DNA from: Nemertoderma westbladi
Taxonomy: Eukaryota > Animalia > Xenacoelomorpha
Reading direction: 5' to 3'
Assembly: GCA_032718475.1 (NCBI GenBank)
Contig: JAUCBJ010005230.1
Coordinates: forward strand, 1-64,000
DNA: 64,000 bases
Below the pieces are notes generated by a model, which did no database searches, was not told where the DNA came from, and worked only from the letters and a program-made list of their open reading frames with translations. Positions within the stretch are counted from its first letter, which is position 1. Each line of letters opens with the position of its first letter. The position numbers were made by a program, and so were the translations under genes. Below, piece after piece: positions 24,736 through 39,000 of the stretch.

Positions 24736-27144
24736 CTCACCCAGTGAGGAGGCGGGAGGTTAGACACCTACGTTCCTCACCCAATGAGGAGGCGGGAGGT
24801 AAAACCCCTACGGTCCTCACCCTGTGAGGAGGCGGGAGGTAAGTACATTCCTCACCCAATGGGGAGGCGGGGGGTAAGACACCTGCGTTCCTTACCCAGT
24901 GAGGAGGCGGGAGGTAAGATACCTACGTTCCTCACCCAGTGAGGAGGCGGGAAGTCAGACAACTACGTTCCTCGCCCAGTAAGGAGGCGGGAGGCCAGAC
25001 ACCTCGTTCCTCACCCTGTGAGGAGGCGGGAGGTAAGTACGTTCCTCGCCCATTGAGGAGGCGGGAGGTAAGACACCTACGTTCCTCACCCAGTGAGGAG
25101 GCGGGAGGTCAGACACCTACGTTCCTCACCCAATGTGGAGGCTGGAGGTAATACACCTACGGTCCTCACCCAGTGAGGAGGCGGGAGGTCAGACACCTAC
25201 GTTCCTCGCCCAATGAGGAGGCGGGATGACAGACACCTACGTTCCTCGCCCAGTGAGGATGTGGGAGGTCAGACACCTACGTTCCTCACCCAGTGAGGAG
25301 GCGAGAGGTCAGACACCACGTTCCTCACCCTGTGAGGAGGCAGGAGGTAAGTACGTTCCTCACCCAATGAGGAGGCGGGAGGTATGACACCTACGTTCCT
25401 CACCCAATGAGGAGGCGGGAGGTAAGAAACCTACGTTCTTCACCCAGTGAGGAGGCTGGAGGTCAGACACCTACGTTCCTCACCCAGTGAGGAGGCGGGA
25501 GGTCAGACACCTACGTTCCTCACCCAATGTGGAGGCTGGAGGTAATACACCTACGGTCCTCACCCAGTGAGGAGGCGGGAGGTCAGACACCTACGTTCCT
25601 CGCCCAATGAGGAGGCGGGAGGACAGACACCTACGTTCCTCACCCAGTGAGGAGGCGAGAGGTCAGACACCTACGTTCCTAGTCCAGTAAGGAGGCGGGA
25701 GGCCAGACAGCTCGTTCCTCACCCTGTGAGGAGGCGGGAGGTAAGTACGTTCCTCACCCAATGAGGAGGCGGGAGGTATGACACCTACGTTCCTCACCCA
25801 ATGAGGAGGCGGGAGGTAAGAAACCTACGTTTTTCATCCAGTGAGGATGCTGGAGGTCAGACACCTACGTTCCTCACCCATTGAGGATGCGGGAGGTCAG
25901 ACACCTACGTTCCTCGCCCAGTGAGGATGCGGGAGGTCAGACACCTACGTTCCTCGTCCAGTAAGGAGGCGGGAGGTAAGACACCTACGGTCCTCACCCA
26001 GTGATGATGCGGGAGGACAGACACCTACGTTCCTCGCCCAGTGAGGATGTGGGAGGTCAGACACCTACGTTCCTCACCCAGTGAGGAGGCGAGAGGTCAG
26101 ACACCTACGTTCCTTGGCCAGTAAGGAGGCGGGAGGCCAGACACCACGTTCCTCACCCTGTGAGGAGGCAGGAGGTAAGTACGTTCCTCACCCAATGAGG
26201 AGGCGGGAGGTAAGACACCTACGTTCCTTACCCATTAAGGAGGTGGGAGGTCAGACACCTACGTTCCTCGCCCAGTGAGGAGGCGGGAGGTCAGACACCT
26301 ACGTTCCTCACCCAGTGAGGATGTGGGAGGTCAGACACCTACGTTCCTTACCCAGTGAGGAGGCGAGAGGTCAGACACCTACGTTCCTCGTCCAGTAAGG
26401 AGCCGGGAGGTAAGACACCTACGGTCCTCACCCAGTGAGGAGGCGGGAGGTCAGACACCTACGTTCCTCGCCCAATGAGGAGGCGGGAGGACAGACACCT
26501 ACGTTCCTCGCCCAGTGAGGATGTGGGAGGTGAGACACCTACGTTCCTCACCCAGTGAGGAGGCGGGAGGTCAGACACCTACGTTCCTCACCCATTGAGG
26601 ATGTTGGAGGTCAGACACCTACGTTCCTCGCCCAGTTAGGAGGCGGGAGGTAAGACACCTACGTTCCTCACCCAGTGAGGATGCTGGAGGTCAGACACCT
26701 ACGTTCCTCGCCCAGTGAGGAGGCGGGAGGTAAGACACCTACGTTCCTCGCCCAGTGAGGAGGCGGTAGGTAAGACTCCTACGTTCCTCACCCAATGCGG
26801 AGGCGGGAGGTCAGGCACCTACGTTCCTCGCCCAGTGAGGAGGCGGGAGGTCAGACACCTACGTTCCTCGCCCAGTGAGGAGGCGGGAGGTAAGACACCT
26901 ACGTTCCTCACCCAGTGAGGATGCTGGAGGTCAGACACCTACGTTCCTCGCCCAGTGAGGAGGCGGTAGGTAAGACTCCTACGTTCCTCACCGAATGCGG
27001 AGGCGGGAGGTCAGGCACCTACGTTCCTCACCCAGTGAGGATGCTGGAGGTCAGACACCTACGTTCCTCGCTCAATGAGGAGGCGGGAGGTCAGACACCT
27101 AGGCTCCTCACCCAATGAGGAGGCGGGAGGTCAGACACCTAGGT
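24736..27144. repeat. 40-bp tandem minisatellite (about 60 units)
   Basis: Unit tcacccagtgaggaggcgggaggtcagacacctacgttcc with an internal tcctcac/gtgagga stem. Confidence 0.97.
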
Positions 27145-28136
27145 CCCCCTTCCCACACACAAAGGTCTTAATTAAGGTATTATAATATACTCTGAAATGG
27201 AAATATTTTATTGTAAATTTTTAAATTGACAATCCCTCGCAGTATCTGCCACAATTCAATCAATACGTTGCGCCTCATGATGAGTAATTTATGTCTACGA
27301 TTTCTACTGAAATTAAAATATTTTGATTTTATACCGTGGGCTGTCAAAATGTGGCTAAACATTTGTTTTTTTTAAACAATTTTCAAATTCCCAGTCACAC
27401 TCTAGCGGCCTTTGAATGAAACAAGATTTGCGGTTAAAATGCTACTAGTCTTTCAATGTTTCGAGCTCCCCGTTAAAATTTTCACTTTAGCCTTTTTATG
27501 AAAATTAATTAATATTTTTATTAATATTTGGCAAAATTTTAACAAATTTTTGGCTTCAATCTGAAAAATTGGCTGTAAAAACAGAAGTATAAAAATTCCA
27601 ACTGATAACTTTTAAAGAACTGCCGAAACCCTTTCAAAGTGCAAAGTTTAAACCGTCCCGCCAAAAATGGCTGTCTGTAGCCTGGTTGGTTAATTATTTC
27701 TCTGTTGTCTGTCTGTCTTACAATTTGACTGACAGACCATTGGCAGACTGATACAGAAAAACAGCGATAACTCGAGAACAACTAAAAGTGGTTTCGCTAA
27801 GCGGTTTTCAGATTTGAAATCCTCATTAAATTCTGCTACATTAAATATAAAACAGATATTTGAAATTTTGACATGAGGGGGGGGGGGGGGGCTGTATTCC
27901 CCCCTTAAGTATGATTGGAGATGTATTCATTGTACTTGACTTGACACAATGAACCCGGCGTAGCATTCTTGTACACTTTTCGGGATTTTCGGGGAGCGGA
28001 ACCGTAATTTTTGGGATCGTGATATACTATATTGATACCTACTGTATATTTATAGTGACTACCGTACTGTACTACTATAGTGACAACTACTGTATATTTA
28101 TATAGGCCAAACTGTTTGGTAAAACCAAACAGCTTG

Positions 28137-29209
28137 GGGAAAAGTCACCACCAATTTGGACTAAAGGTCAACTAAAGCCTCTCCTCAAGAAAGGAGACCT
28201 CGGTATACCAACAAACTATCGTGGGATCTGTCTGCTTGTGGTAGCTGCCAAAATATACAATAAAATGATTCTATATAGGATTAGGCCTCACATAGAGAAA
28301 CTACTGCGTAAGAGCCAAAACGGATTTCGACCAAATAGATCAACAATAGCTCAGATACTTGCACTACGGAGACTGATTGAAGGAATTAAGTTAAAGAATC
28401 TCCCCGCAGTCATGTCTTTTGTGGGCTTCAAGAAGGCATTCGACTCCATCCATAGAGGTAAAATGCTTGAAATTCTAAGAGCTTATGGAATACCAGAAGT
28501 AATTGTTGCTGGCATTGGATTGTTATATAGGAGGTTGGATTGCACATAAATCCTACCAAGAGCGAATTCATGACCTTTAATGTTGATGGAAACTTGACAA
28601 CCATTGATAATAATCAACTAAGGAAGGTCGACGACTTCCAGTACCTTGGATCATGGATAGAGAGTAGCAAAAAGGACATATAAGTTAGGAAAGCAAAGGC
28701 TTGGGTAGCTCTATCAAAAATGGATACCATCTGGAAATCAGATCTCTCCAGGTGCCTGAAGACTAAGTTCTTTCGAGCGACAGTGGAAAGTGTATTTTTA
28801 TACGGGGGTGAGACCTGGACACTGACTAAATCACTTGAACAACGAATTGATGGTTGCTACACAAGACTACTAAGAGCAGCCCTAAACATCAGCTGGAGAC
28901 AACACATGACAAACGCCGAGCTTTATGGTACAATACCACCTGTATCAACCACCCTCCGTGAACGCAGATTAAGATTCAGTGGGCACTGTTGGCGAAGTAA
29001 AGACGAGGTCATACCAGATCTACTTATCTGGCAACCAACTCATGGAAAGCGTAGTCGTGGACGACCGGCCATAACATATATAGATAAACTTGAAAGGGAT
29101 ACTGAACTTGGGAGAAACGTAATTGCGACAATTATGGAGAATCGGGAAACCTGGAAGGATCTCATTTCCACTGTCCGAGTTCGCTCGACCTAGTTCTAGC
29201 TCGACCTAG
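28137..29209 (+). mobile_element. RTE-type LINE family 2, 5'-truncated with internal deletion
   Basis: QNGFRPNRST, FKKAFDSIHR, YLGSW, RLRFSGHC; RT core deleted near 28530; 10-bp TSD aaacagcttg (28127-28136, 29210-29219). Confidence 0.92.
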
Positions 29210-29265
29210 AAACAGCTTGTGTATAAGGGTGGTGTAACGGAGCATTGATTGTTTTCCATTGTGTG

Positions 29266-29665
29266 CCGGTGTCCTAGGCGAATCTGCCTCTGCCCCCCCC
29301 CCCCCCCCCCCCCGCGCAGAATGCCCCTCCCTACAGACTTACAGTATAATAATATTGTACAGTAGTAGGCCTAAGCCCTGCAGCGTACCCTGCAGCACTT
29401 TAACTGGTTTATTTTTTTGATAAGGGTTAGTTGGACAGGCCCAAACCCTAATTAAAACTGTTATGTAACCTTAGAATGACATTTTTAATTAGGGTTTCGG
29501 GCCGACACTCGAAATGTGGGGTCAAAATGCTCTGGGGGGGGGGGGCATATGGCGCTAGGCAAAAATGCCCGGGGTGGGCAATCCGCGCGGGGTGCATATG
29601 GCGCTAGGCGAAAATGCCCGGGGCATTCCGCGCGGGGAAGGGGGCATTTTCGCCTGTGACACTGG
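29266..29665. mobile_element. MITE with CC termini and possible 2-bp TSD (CMC/EnSpm candidate)
   Basis: ccggtgtcctaggcgaa / ttcgcctgtgacactgg; tg on both flanks; subterminal aaaatgccc repeats. Confidence 0.65.
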
Positions 29666-30434
29666 TGCTCCCTCAAACTAGGCCTACACACCTTAATCTA
29701 AGCGGTTATGTAAATATTTGTCATTTTGGAATTCCTCATTAACACTGATCGGCATTTGCAGGTGCGGTTTGTTTGGATATGGTGAATGTCGTTGGTAATT
29801 ATTCTAGCTAAATTTCCGTATATTTATATTTGGCCCTTTTATCTTTGATATAAAATACTCACTCATATGGAGGGAGGGATGGATATATTTTGGTGTAGAT
29901 GTCTACATGTAGGCCTAATGTTAGGTAAGAACGTATTAAACGTTGTGTAGGCGATATGACCTCACAGTAAACAATTGTGGTCATTTAATCCCCATTAATT
30001 GTTATGTACTGTAGTATTAACATTGTATATATTAACTACTCTGTATATGCTGTAGCATATTTTTCGTCACATTGAACAATGGCGTCAACGATGGTGTAGT
30101 GGGGGGATCAATATTTGCGTGGGTTTTTTTACACTAACATAAGGAAGCAAGTATGAGCTCGTGCTGCGTTAGATAAGCGGGTGGTACAGAAATTATTAAA
30201 TGCGTTAGGTTTGCGCACTCGATTTCATAACAAACGTATTGCTGCTTAATTGCTAATGAGTGATCCTTATTAAGTTATTGTACACTGTACAGTGTAGGTG
30301 TAGCTATGTAATATTTAATTGGCCTACAATATATTGTACGTCTGGAGATAATTTAGACTGCTTTTAGAATTACATTTTATTGTTGGTAAATATAAACGAT
30401 AGTTTTCCAGATACTATAGGCCTATGCTTGCAAA

Positions 30435-30712
30435 CTGTGGGGCGAGTGCGAAGTGTGTGAGCTTAGGATACGGTTACCGCTGTGGGGCGAGCCACGAAGT
30501 TTGTGAGCTTAGGATACGGTTACCGCTGTGGGGTGAGCCACGAAGTACGCGAGCTTAGCAAACGGTTACCGCTGTGGGGCGAGCCACGAAGTTTATGAGC
30601 TTAGGATACGGTTTCCGCGGTGGGGCGAGCCATGATGTACTCGCGCTTAGTAGACGGTTACCGCTGTGGGGCGAGCCATAAAGTAAGCGTGCTTAGCTTA
30701 CGGATTCCGCTG
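30435..30712. repeat. 46-bp tandem repeat, about 6 diverged units
   Basis: ctgtggggcgagccacgaagt..gagcttag..acggttaccg periodicity. Confidence 0.9.
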
Positions 30713-30846
30713 TTTAAACTGCTGTCTGCCGGTTAAGGTCGGTCTCTATATGGACTAAAATTTGAAGGCTAATAACATTATTTGATGAAATGAAACTAGG
30801 CAACGGCGACTAGGCAACGATTGAAATAATGGTAACCAGTGGCGGG

Positions 30847-32088
30847 CCTATGATAGGCCAGCTTGCATCCTCACCTATGATAGGCCAGCTTGCATCCTCA
30901 CCTATCATAGGCCAGCTTGCATCCTCACCTATGATAGGCCAGCTTGCATCCTCACCTGTGATAGGCCGGCTTGCATCCTCACCTGTGATAGGCCGGCTTG
31001 CATCCTTACCTATGATAGGCCGGCTTGAATCCTCACCTATGATAGGCCAGCTTGCATCCTCACCTATGATAGGCCGGCTTGAATCCTCACCTATGATAGG
31101 CCAGCTTGCATCATCACCTATGATAGGCCAGCTTGCATCCTCACCTATGATAGGCCAGCTTGCATCCTCACCTATGATAGGCCGGCTTGCATCCTCACCT
31201 GTGATAGGCCAGCTTGCATCCTCACCTATGATAGGCCAGCTTGCATCCTCACCTTTGATAGGCCGGCTTGCATCCTCACCTATGATAGGCCGGCTTGAAT
31301 CCTCACCTATGATAGGCCAGCTTGCATCATCACCTATGATAGGCCGGCTTGCATCCTCACCTATGATAGGCCAGCTTGCATCCTCACCTATGATAGGCCA
31401 GCTTGCATCCTCACCTATGATAGGCCAGCTTGCATCCTCACCTATGATAGGCCGGCTTGCATCCTCACCTATGATAGGCCGGCTTGCATCCTTACCTATG
31501 ATAGGCCAGCTTGCATCCTCACCTATGATAGGCCAGCTTGCATCCTCACCTATGATAGGCCAGCTTGCATCCTCACCTATGATAGGCCAGCTTGCATCCT
31601 CACCTATGATAGGCCGGCTTGCATCCTCACCTATGATAGGCCGGCTTGCATCCTCACCTATGATAGGCCAGCTTGCATCCACACCTATGTTAGGCCAGCT
31701 TGCATCCTCACCTATGATAGGCCGGCTTGCATCCTCACCTATGATAGGCCAGCTTGCATCCTCACCTATCATAGGCCAGCTTGCATCCTCACCTATGATA
31801 GGCCAGCTTGCATCCTCACCTGTGATAGGCCGGCTTGCATCCTCACCTGTGATAGGCCGGCTTGCATCCTCACCTATGATAGGCCGGCTTGAATCCTCAC
31901 CTATGATAGGCCAGCTTGCATCCTCACCTATGATAGGCCGGCTTGAATCCTCACCTATGATAGGCCAGCTTGCATCATCACCTATGATAGGCCAGCTTGC
32001 ATCCTCACCTATGATAGGCCGGCTTGCATCCTCACCTATGATAGGCCGGCTTGCATCCTCACCTATGATATGCCGGCTTGCATCCTCA
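30847..32088. repeat. 27-bp tandem minisatellite (about 46 units)
   Basis: cctatgataggcc(a/g)gcttgcatcctca; an in-frame unit length explains the long ORFs on both strands. Confidence 0.97.
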
Positions 32089-32385
32089 TGCACCAAGAAG
32101 GATGGCCCCATTGAACGTGTATTAATGTACAGTATGTGTATTGTAATTTAAGAGGTGTTTTTTTAATTCCATAAAATAATGCGAAATGTAAACTGCTCAT
32201 TTGGATTTTATTGTATGATAATTAATTTAATACCTGTGGAAATGAAATATACAATTAGTAGGCCCCTATCATAGTCATTATTTTCAAGCTCGACCAATGG
32301 ATGTGGCAAGGGTCGGATGTAAATATTTCTCATACTAAATGAGTTACTGTACGTCGTGGTCGTAGAGCGTAACAATGGCAATATT

Positions 32386-32790
32386 AATGTTTTTCAACTT
32401 AATTATTTCGCTTGATATTATTGATCGATTTAAATAATGTTTGAAAACTGCATTATTTTGCTTAATATTATAGGTTGATTTAAAACATGTTGTCTGTTGA
32501 ATTATTTTGCTTGATATTTAATTATTTCAACCGATAATTATAGGTGGTTTTAAATGAGACAGTGAATTATTTCGACCGATAATTATATGTTGTAGGCCTA
32601 CTTAAATGTGATCAGCTGACAGTGAATTATTTCCACCTATAATAATTATAGGTCAATTTAAATGTGATCAGCTGACAGTTCGACCTATAATTATATGTTA
32701 TATTAAATGTGATCAGCTGACAGTGAATTATTTCGACCCATTATGTTGTGTTAAATGTGATCAGCTGACAGTGAATTATTTCGACATATA
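32386..32790 (+). repeat. Repeat block with a near-identical inverted copy at about 41320-41580
   Basis: taatgtttttcaacttaattatttcgcttgat..gtgaattatttcgac versus gtcgaaataattcac..aattaagttgaaaaacatta. Confidence 0.9.
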
Positions 32791-33084
32791 ATTCGTATTA
32801 AATGTAGCTATTGAATCAGCTGATCTCTTGCAGTCTTGATGATTCACTTCTCTGCTTCTATACATGCTTCACTTACCGTACCGGTACCACTATGTTACCT
32901 GCTAACCATGTAACGTTTCTACAACGTAAAAAATACGTTGTTTTACAACGCAGAGAATGCTGTAATCTAACGAATTTCTTCGTTGGTGAACACGCCTGTT
33001 TGTCGCCCCAAAACGTCTTCATAACGAGTAGGAAAGTGAATGATGCTTGTTGGTTTACAACGCAATAGTACGTTGAAATCAAAC

Positions 33085-36000
33085 GCTATTCCAACGTTAA
33101 AATCTGACGCCATTATTCTAACATGTCTGCTACGTTGAAATCTAAAGCTATTCTAACATGTCTGCTACGTTGAAATCTAACGCTATTCTAACATGTCTGC
33201 TACGTTGAAATCTAAAGCTATTCTAACATGTCTGCTACGTTGAAATCTAACGCTATTCGAACATGTCTGCTACGTTAAATTCTAACGCTATTCTAACATG
33301 TCTGCTACGTTGAAATCTAACGCTATTCTAACATGTCTGCTACGTTGAAATCTAACGCTATTCTAACATGTCTGCTACGTTGAAATCTAAAGCTATTCTA
33401 ACATGTCTGCTACGTTGAAATCTAAAGCTATTCTAACATGTCTGCTACGTTGAAATCTAAAGCTATTCTAACATGTCTGCTACGTTGAAATCTAACGCTA
33501 TTCTAACATGTCTGCTACGTTGAAATCTAAAGCTATTCTAACATGTCTGCTACGTTGAAATCTAACGCTATTCTAACATGTCTGCTACGTTGAAATCTAA
33601 AGCTATTCTAACATGTCTGCTACGTTGAAATCTAAAGTTATTCTAACATGTCTGCTACGTTGAAATCTAACGCTATTCTAACATGTCTGCTACGTTGAAA
33701 TCTAACGCTATTCTAACATGTCTGCTACGTTGAAATCTAAAGCTATTCTAACATGTCTGCTACGTTGAAATCGAACGCTATTCTAACATGTCTGCTACGT
33801 TGAAATCTAAAGCTATTCTAACATGTCTGCTACGTTGAAATCTAACGCTATTCTAACATGTCTGCTACGTTGAAATCTAAAGCTATTCTAACATGTCTGC
33901 TACGTTGAAATCTAAAGCTATTCTAACATGTCTGCTACGTTGAAATCTAACGCTATTCTAACATGTCTGCTACGTTGAAATCTAACGCTATTCTAACATG
34001 TCTGCTACGTTGAAATCTAAAGCTATTCTAATATGTCTGCTACGTTGAAATATAACGCTATTCTAACATGTCTGCTACGTTGAAATCTAACGCTATTCTA
34101 ACATGTCTGCTACGTTGAAATCTAAAGCTATTCTAACATGTCTGCTACGTTGAAATCTAAAGCTATTCTAACATGTCTGCTACGTTGAAATCTAAAGCTA
34201 TTCTAACATGTCTGCTACGTTGAAATCTAAAGCTATTCTAACATGTCTGCTACGTTGAAATCTAACGCTATTCTAACATGTCTGCTACGTTGAAATCTAA
34301 AGCTATTCTAACATGTCTGCTACGTTGAAATCTAACGCTATTCTAACATGTCTGCTATGTTGAAATCTAACGCTATTCTAACATGTCTGCTACGTTGAAA
34401 TCTAACGCTATTCTAACATGTCTGCTACGTTGAAATCTAAAGCTATTCTAACATGTCTGCAACGTTGAAATCTAAAGCTATTCTAACATGTCTGCTATGT
34501 TGAAATCTAACGCTATTCTAACATGTCTGCTATGTTGAAATCTAACGCTATTCTAACATGTCTGCTACGTTGAAATCTAACGCTATTCTAACATGTCTGC
34601 AACGTTGAAATCTAACGCTATTCTAACATGTCTGCTACGTTGAAATCTAAAGCTATTCTAACATGTCTGCTACGTTGAAATCTAACGCTATTCTAACATG
34701 TCTGCTACGTTGAAATCTAACGCTATTCTAACATGTCTGCTACGTTGAAATCTAAAGCTATTCTAACATGTCTGCTACGTTGAAATCTAAAGCTATTCTA
34801 ACATGTCTGCTACGTTGAAATCTAACGCTATTCTAACATGTCTGCTACGTTGAAATCTAACGCTATTCTAACATGTCTGCTACGTTGAAATCGAAAGCTA
34901 TTCTAATATGTCTGCTACGTTGAAATATAACGCTATTCTAACATGTCTGCTACGTTGAAATCTAACGCTATTCTAACATGTCTGCTACGTTGAAATCTAA
35001 AGCTATTCTAACATGTCTGCTACGTTGAAATCTAAAGCTATTCTAACATGTCTGCTACGTTGAAATCTAACGCTTTTCTAACATGTCTGCTATGTTGAAA
35101 TCTAACGCTATTCTAACATGTCTGCTACGTTGAAATCTAACGCTATTCTAACATGTCTGCTACGTTGAAATCTAAAGCTATTCTAACATGTCTGCTACGT
35201 TGAAATCTAACGCTATTCTAACATGTCTGCTACGTTGAAATCTAACGCTATTCTAACATGTCTGCTACGTTGAAATCTAACGCTATTATAACATGTCTGC
35301 TACGTTGAAATCTAACGCTATTCTAACATGTCTGCAACGTTAAAATCTAAAGCTATTCTAACATGTCTGCTATGTTGAAATCTAACGCTATTCTAACATG
35401 TCTGCTATGTTGAAATCTAACGCTATTCTAACATGTCTGCTACGTTGCAATCTAACTCTATTCTAACATGTCTGCTACGTTGAAATCTAACGCTATTCTA
35501 ACATGTCTGCTACGTTGAAATCTAAAGCTATTCTAACATGTCTGCTACGTTGAAATCTAACGCTATTCTAACATGTCTGCTACGTTGAAATCTAACGCTA
35601 TTCTAACATGTCTGCTACGTTGAAATCTAAAGCTATTCTAACATGTCTGCTACGTTGAAATCTAACGCTATTCTAACATGTCTGCTACGTTGAAGTCTAA
35701 AGCTATTCTAACATGTCTGCTACGTTGAAATCTAAAGCTATTCTAACATGTCTGCTACGTTGAAATCTAACGCTATTCTAACATGTCTGCTACGTTGAAA
35801 TCTAAAGCTATTCTAACATGTCTGCTACGTTGAAATCTAAAGCTATTCTAACATGTCTGCTACGTTGAAATCTAACGCTATTCTAACATGTCTGCTACGT
35901 TGAAATCTAAAGCTATTCTAACATGTCTGCTACGTTGAAATCTAACGCTATTCTAACATGTCTGCTACGTTGAAGTCTAAAGCTATTCTAACATGTCTGC

Positions 36001-39000
36001 TACGTTGAATTCTAACGCTATTCTAACATGTCTGCTACGTTGAAATCTAAAGCTATTCTAACATGTCTGCTACGTTGAAATCTAACGCTATTCTAACATG
36101 TCTGCAACGTTGAAATCTAAAGCTATTCTAACATGTCTGCTACGTTGAAATCTAACGCTATTCTAACATGTCTGCTATGTTGAAATCTAACGCTATTCTA
36201 ACATGTCTGCTACGTTGCAATCTAACGCTATTCTAACATGTCTGCTACGTTGAAATCTAACGCTATTCTAACATGTCTGCTACGTTGAAATCTAAAGCTA
36301 TTCTAACATGTCTGCTACGTTGAAATCTAACGCTATTCTAACATGTCTGCTACGTTGAAGTCTAAAGCTATTCTAACATGTCTGCTACGTTGAATTCTAA
36401 CGCTATTCTAACATGTCTGCTACGTTGAAATCTAAAGCTATTCTAACATGTCTGCTACGTTGAAATCTAACGCTATTCTAACATGTCTGCTATGTTGAAA
36501 TCTAACGCTATTCTAACATGTCTGCTACGTTGAAATCTAACGCTATTCTAACATGTCTGCAACGTTGAAATCTAAAGCTATTCTAACATGTCTGCTACGT
36601 TGAAATCTAACGCTATTCTAACATGTCTGCTACGTTGAAATCTAACGCTATTCTAACATGTCTGCTACGTTGAAATCTAAAGCTATTCTAACATGTCTGC
36701 TACGTTGAAATCGAACGCTATTCTAACATGTCTGCTACGTTGAAATCTAAAGCTATTCTAACATGTCTGCTACGTTGAAATCTAACGCTATTCTAACATG
36801 TCTGCTACGTTGAAATCTAAAGCTATTCTAACATGTCTGCTACGTTGAAATCTAAAGCTATTCTAACATGTCTGCTACGTTGAAATCTAACGCTATTCTA
36901 ACATGTCTGCTACGTTGAAATCTAACGCTATTCTAACATGTCTGCTACGTTGAAATCTAAAGCTATTCTAACATGTCTGCTACGTTGAAATATAACGCTA
37001 TTCTAACATGTCTGCTACGTTGAAATCTAACGCTATTCTAACATGTCTGCTACGTTGAAATCTAAAGCTATTCTAACATGTCTGCTACGTTGAAATCTAA
37101 AGCTATTCTAACATGTCTGCTACGTTGAAATCTAACGCTATTCTAACATGTCTGCTACGTTGAAATCTAACGCTATTCTAACATGTCTGCTATGTTGAAA
37201 TCTAACGCTATTCTAACATGTATGCTACGTTGCAATCTAACGCTATTCTAACATGTCTGCTACGTTGAAATCTAACGCTATTCTAACATGTTTGCTACGT
37301 TGAAATCTAAAGCTATTCTAACATGTCTGCTACGTTGAAATCTAACGCTATTCTAACATGTCTGCTACGTTGAAATCTAACGCTATTCTAACATGTCTGC
37401 TACGTTGAAATCTAAAGCTATTCTAACATGTCTGCTACGTTGAAATCTAACGCTATTCTAACATGTCTGCTACGTTGAAGTCTAAAGCTATTCTAACATG
37501 TCTGCTACGTTGAAATCTAAAGCTATTCTAACATGTCTGCTACGTTGAAATCTAACGCTATTCTAACATGTCTGCTACGTTGAAATCTAAAGCTATTCTA
37601 ACATGTCTGCTACGTTGAAATCTAAATCTATTCTAACATGTCTGCTACGTTGAAATCTAACGCTATTCTAACATGTCTGCTACGTTGAAATCTAAAGCTA
37701 TTCTAACATGTCTGCTACGTTGAAATCTAAACCTATTCTAACATGTCTGCTACGTTGAAATCTAACGCTATTCTAACATGTCTGCTACGTTGAAATCTAA
37801 CGCTATTCTAACATGTCTGCTACGTTGAAATCTAACGCTATTCTAACATGTCTGCTATGTTGAAATCTAACGCTATTCTAACATGTCTGCTACGTTGAAA
37901 TCTAAAGCTATTCTAACATGTCTGCTACGTTGAAATCTAAAGCTATTCTAACATGTCTGCTACGTTGAAATCTAACGCTATTCTAACATGTCTGCTACGT
38001 TGAAATCTAACGCTATTCTAACATGTCTGCTACGTTGAAATCTAAAGCTATTCTAACATGTCTGCTACGTTGAAATCTAACGCTATTCTAACATGTCTGC
38101 TACGTTGAAGTCTAAAGCTATTCTAACATGTCTGCTACGTTGAATTCTAACGCTATTCTAACATGTCTGCTACGTTGAAATCTAAAGCTATTCTAACATG
38201 TCTGCTACGTTGAAATCTAACGCTATTCTAACATGTCTGCTACGTTGAAATCTAAAGCTATTCTAACATGTCTGCTACGTTGAAATCTAACGCTATTCTA
38301 ACATGTCTGCTACGTTGAAATCTAAAGCTATTCTAACATGTCTGCTACGTTGAAATCTAAAGCTATTCTAACATGTCTGCTACGTTGAAATCTAACGCTA
38401 TTCTAACATGTCTGCTACGTTGAAATCTAACGCTATTCTAACATGTCTGCTACGTTGAAATCTAACGCTATTCTAACATGTCTGCTACGTTGAAATCTAA
38501 CGCTATTCTAACATGTCTGCTACGTTGAAATCTAAAGCTATTCTAACATGTCTGCTACGTTGAAATCTAACGCTATTCTAACATGTCTGCTACGTTGAAA
38601 TCTAAAGCTATTCTAACATGTCTGCTACGTTGAAATCTAACGCTATTCTAACATGTCTGCTACGTTGAAATCTAAAGCTATTCTAACATGTCTGCTACGT
38701 TGAAATCTAAACCTATTCTAACATGTCTGCTACGTTGAAATCTAACGCTATTCTAACATGTCTGCTACGTTGAAATCTAAAGCTATTCTAACATGTCTGC
38801 TACGTTGAATTCTAACGCTATTCTAACATGTCTGCTACGTTGAAATCTAAAGCTATTCTAACATGTCTGCTACGTTGAAATCTAACGCTATTCTAACATG
38901 TCTGCTACGTTGAAATCTAAAGCTATTCTAACATGTCTGCTACGTTGAAATCTAACGCTATTCTAACATGTCTGCTACGTTGAAATCTAAAGCTATTCTA

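Noticed and set aside
30810-32151. 433-aa and 440-aa ORFs on opposite strands
   Set aside because: Translations of a stop-free 27-bp minisatellite; no unique domain or splice context.
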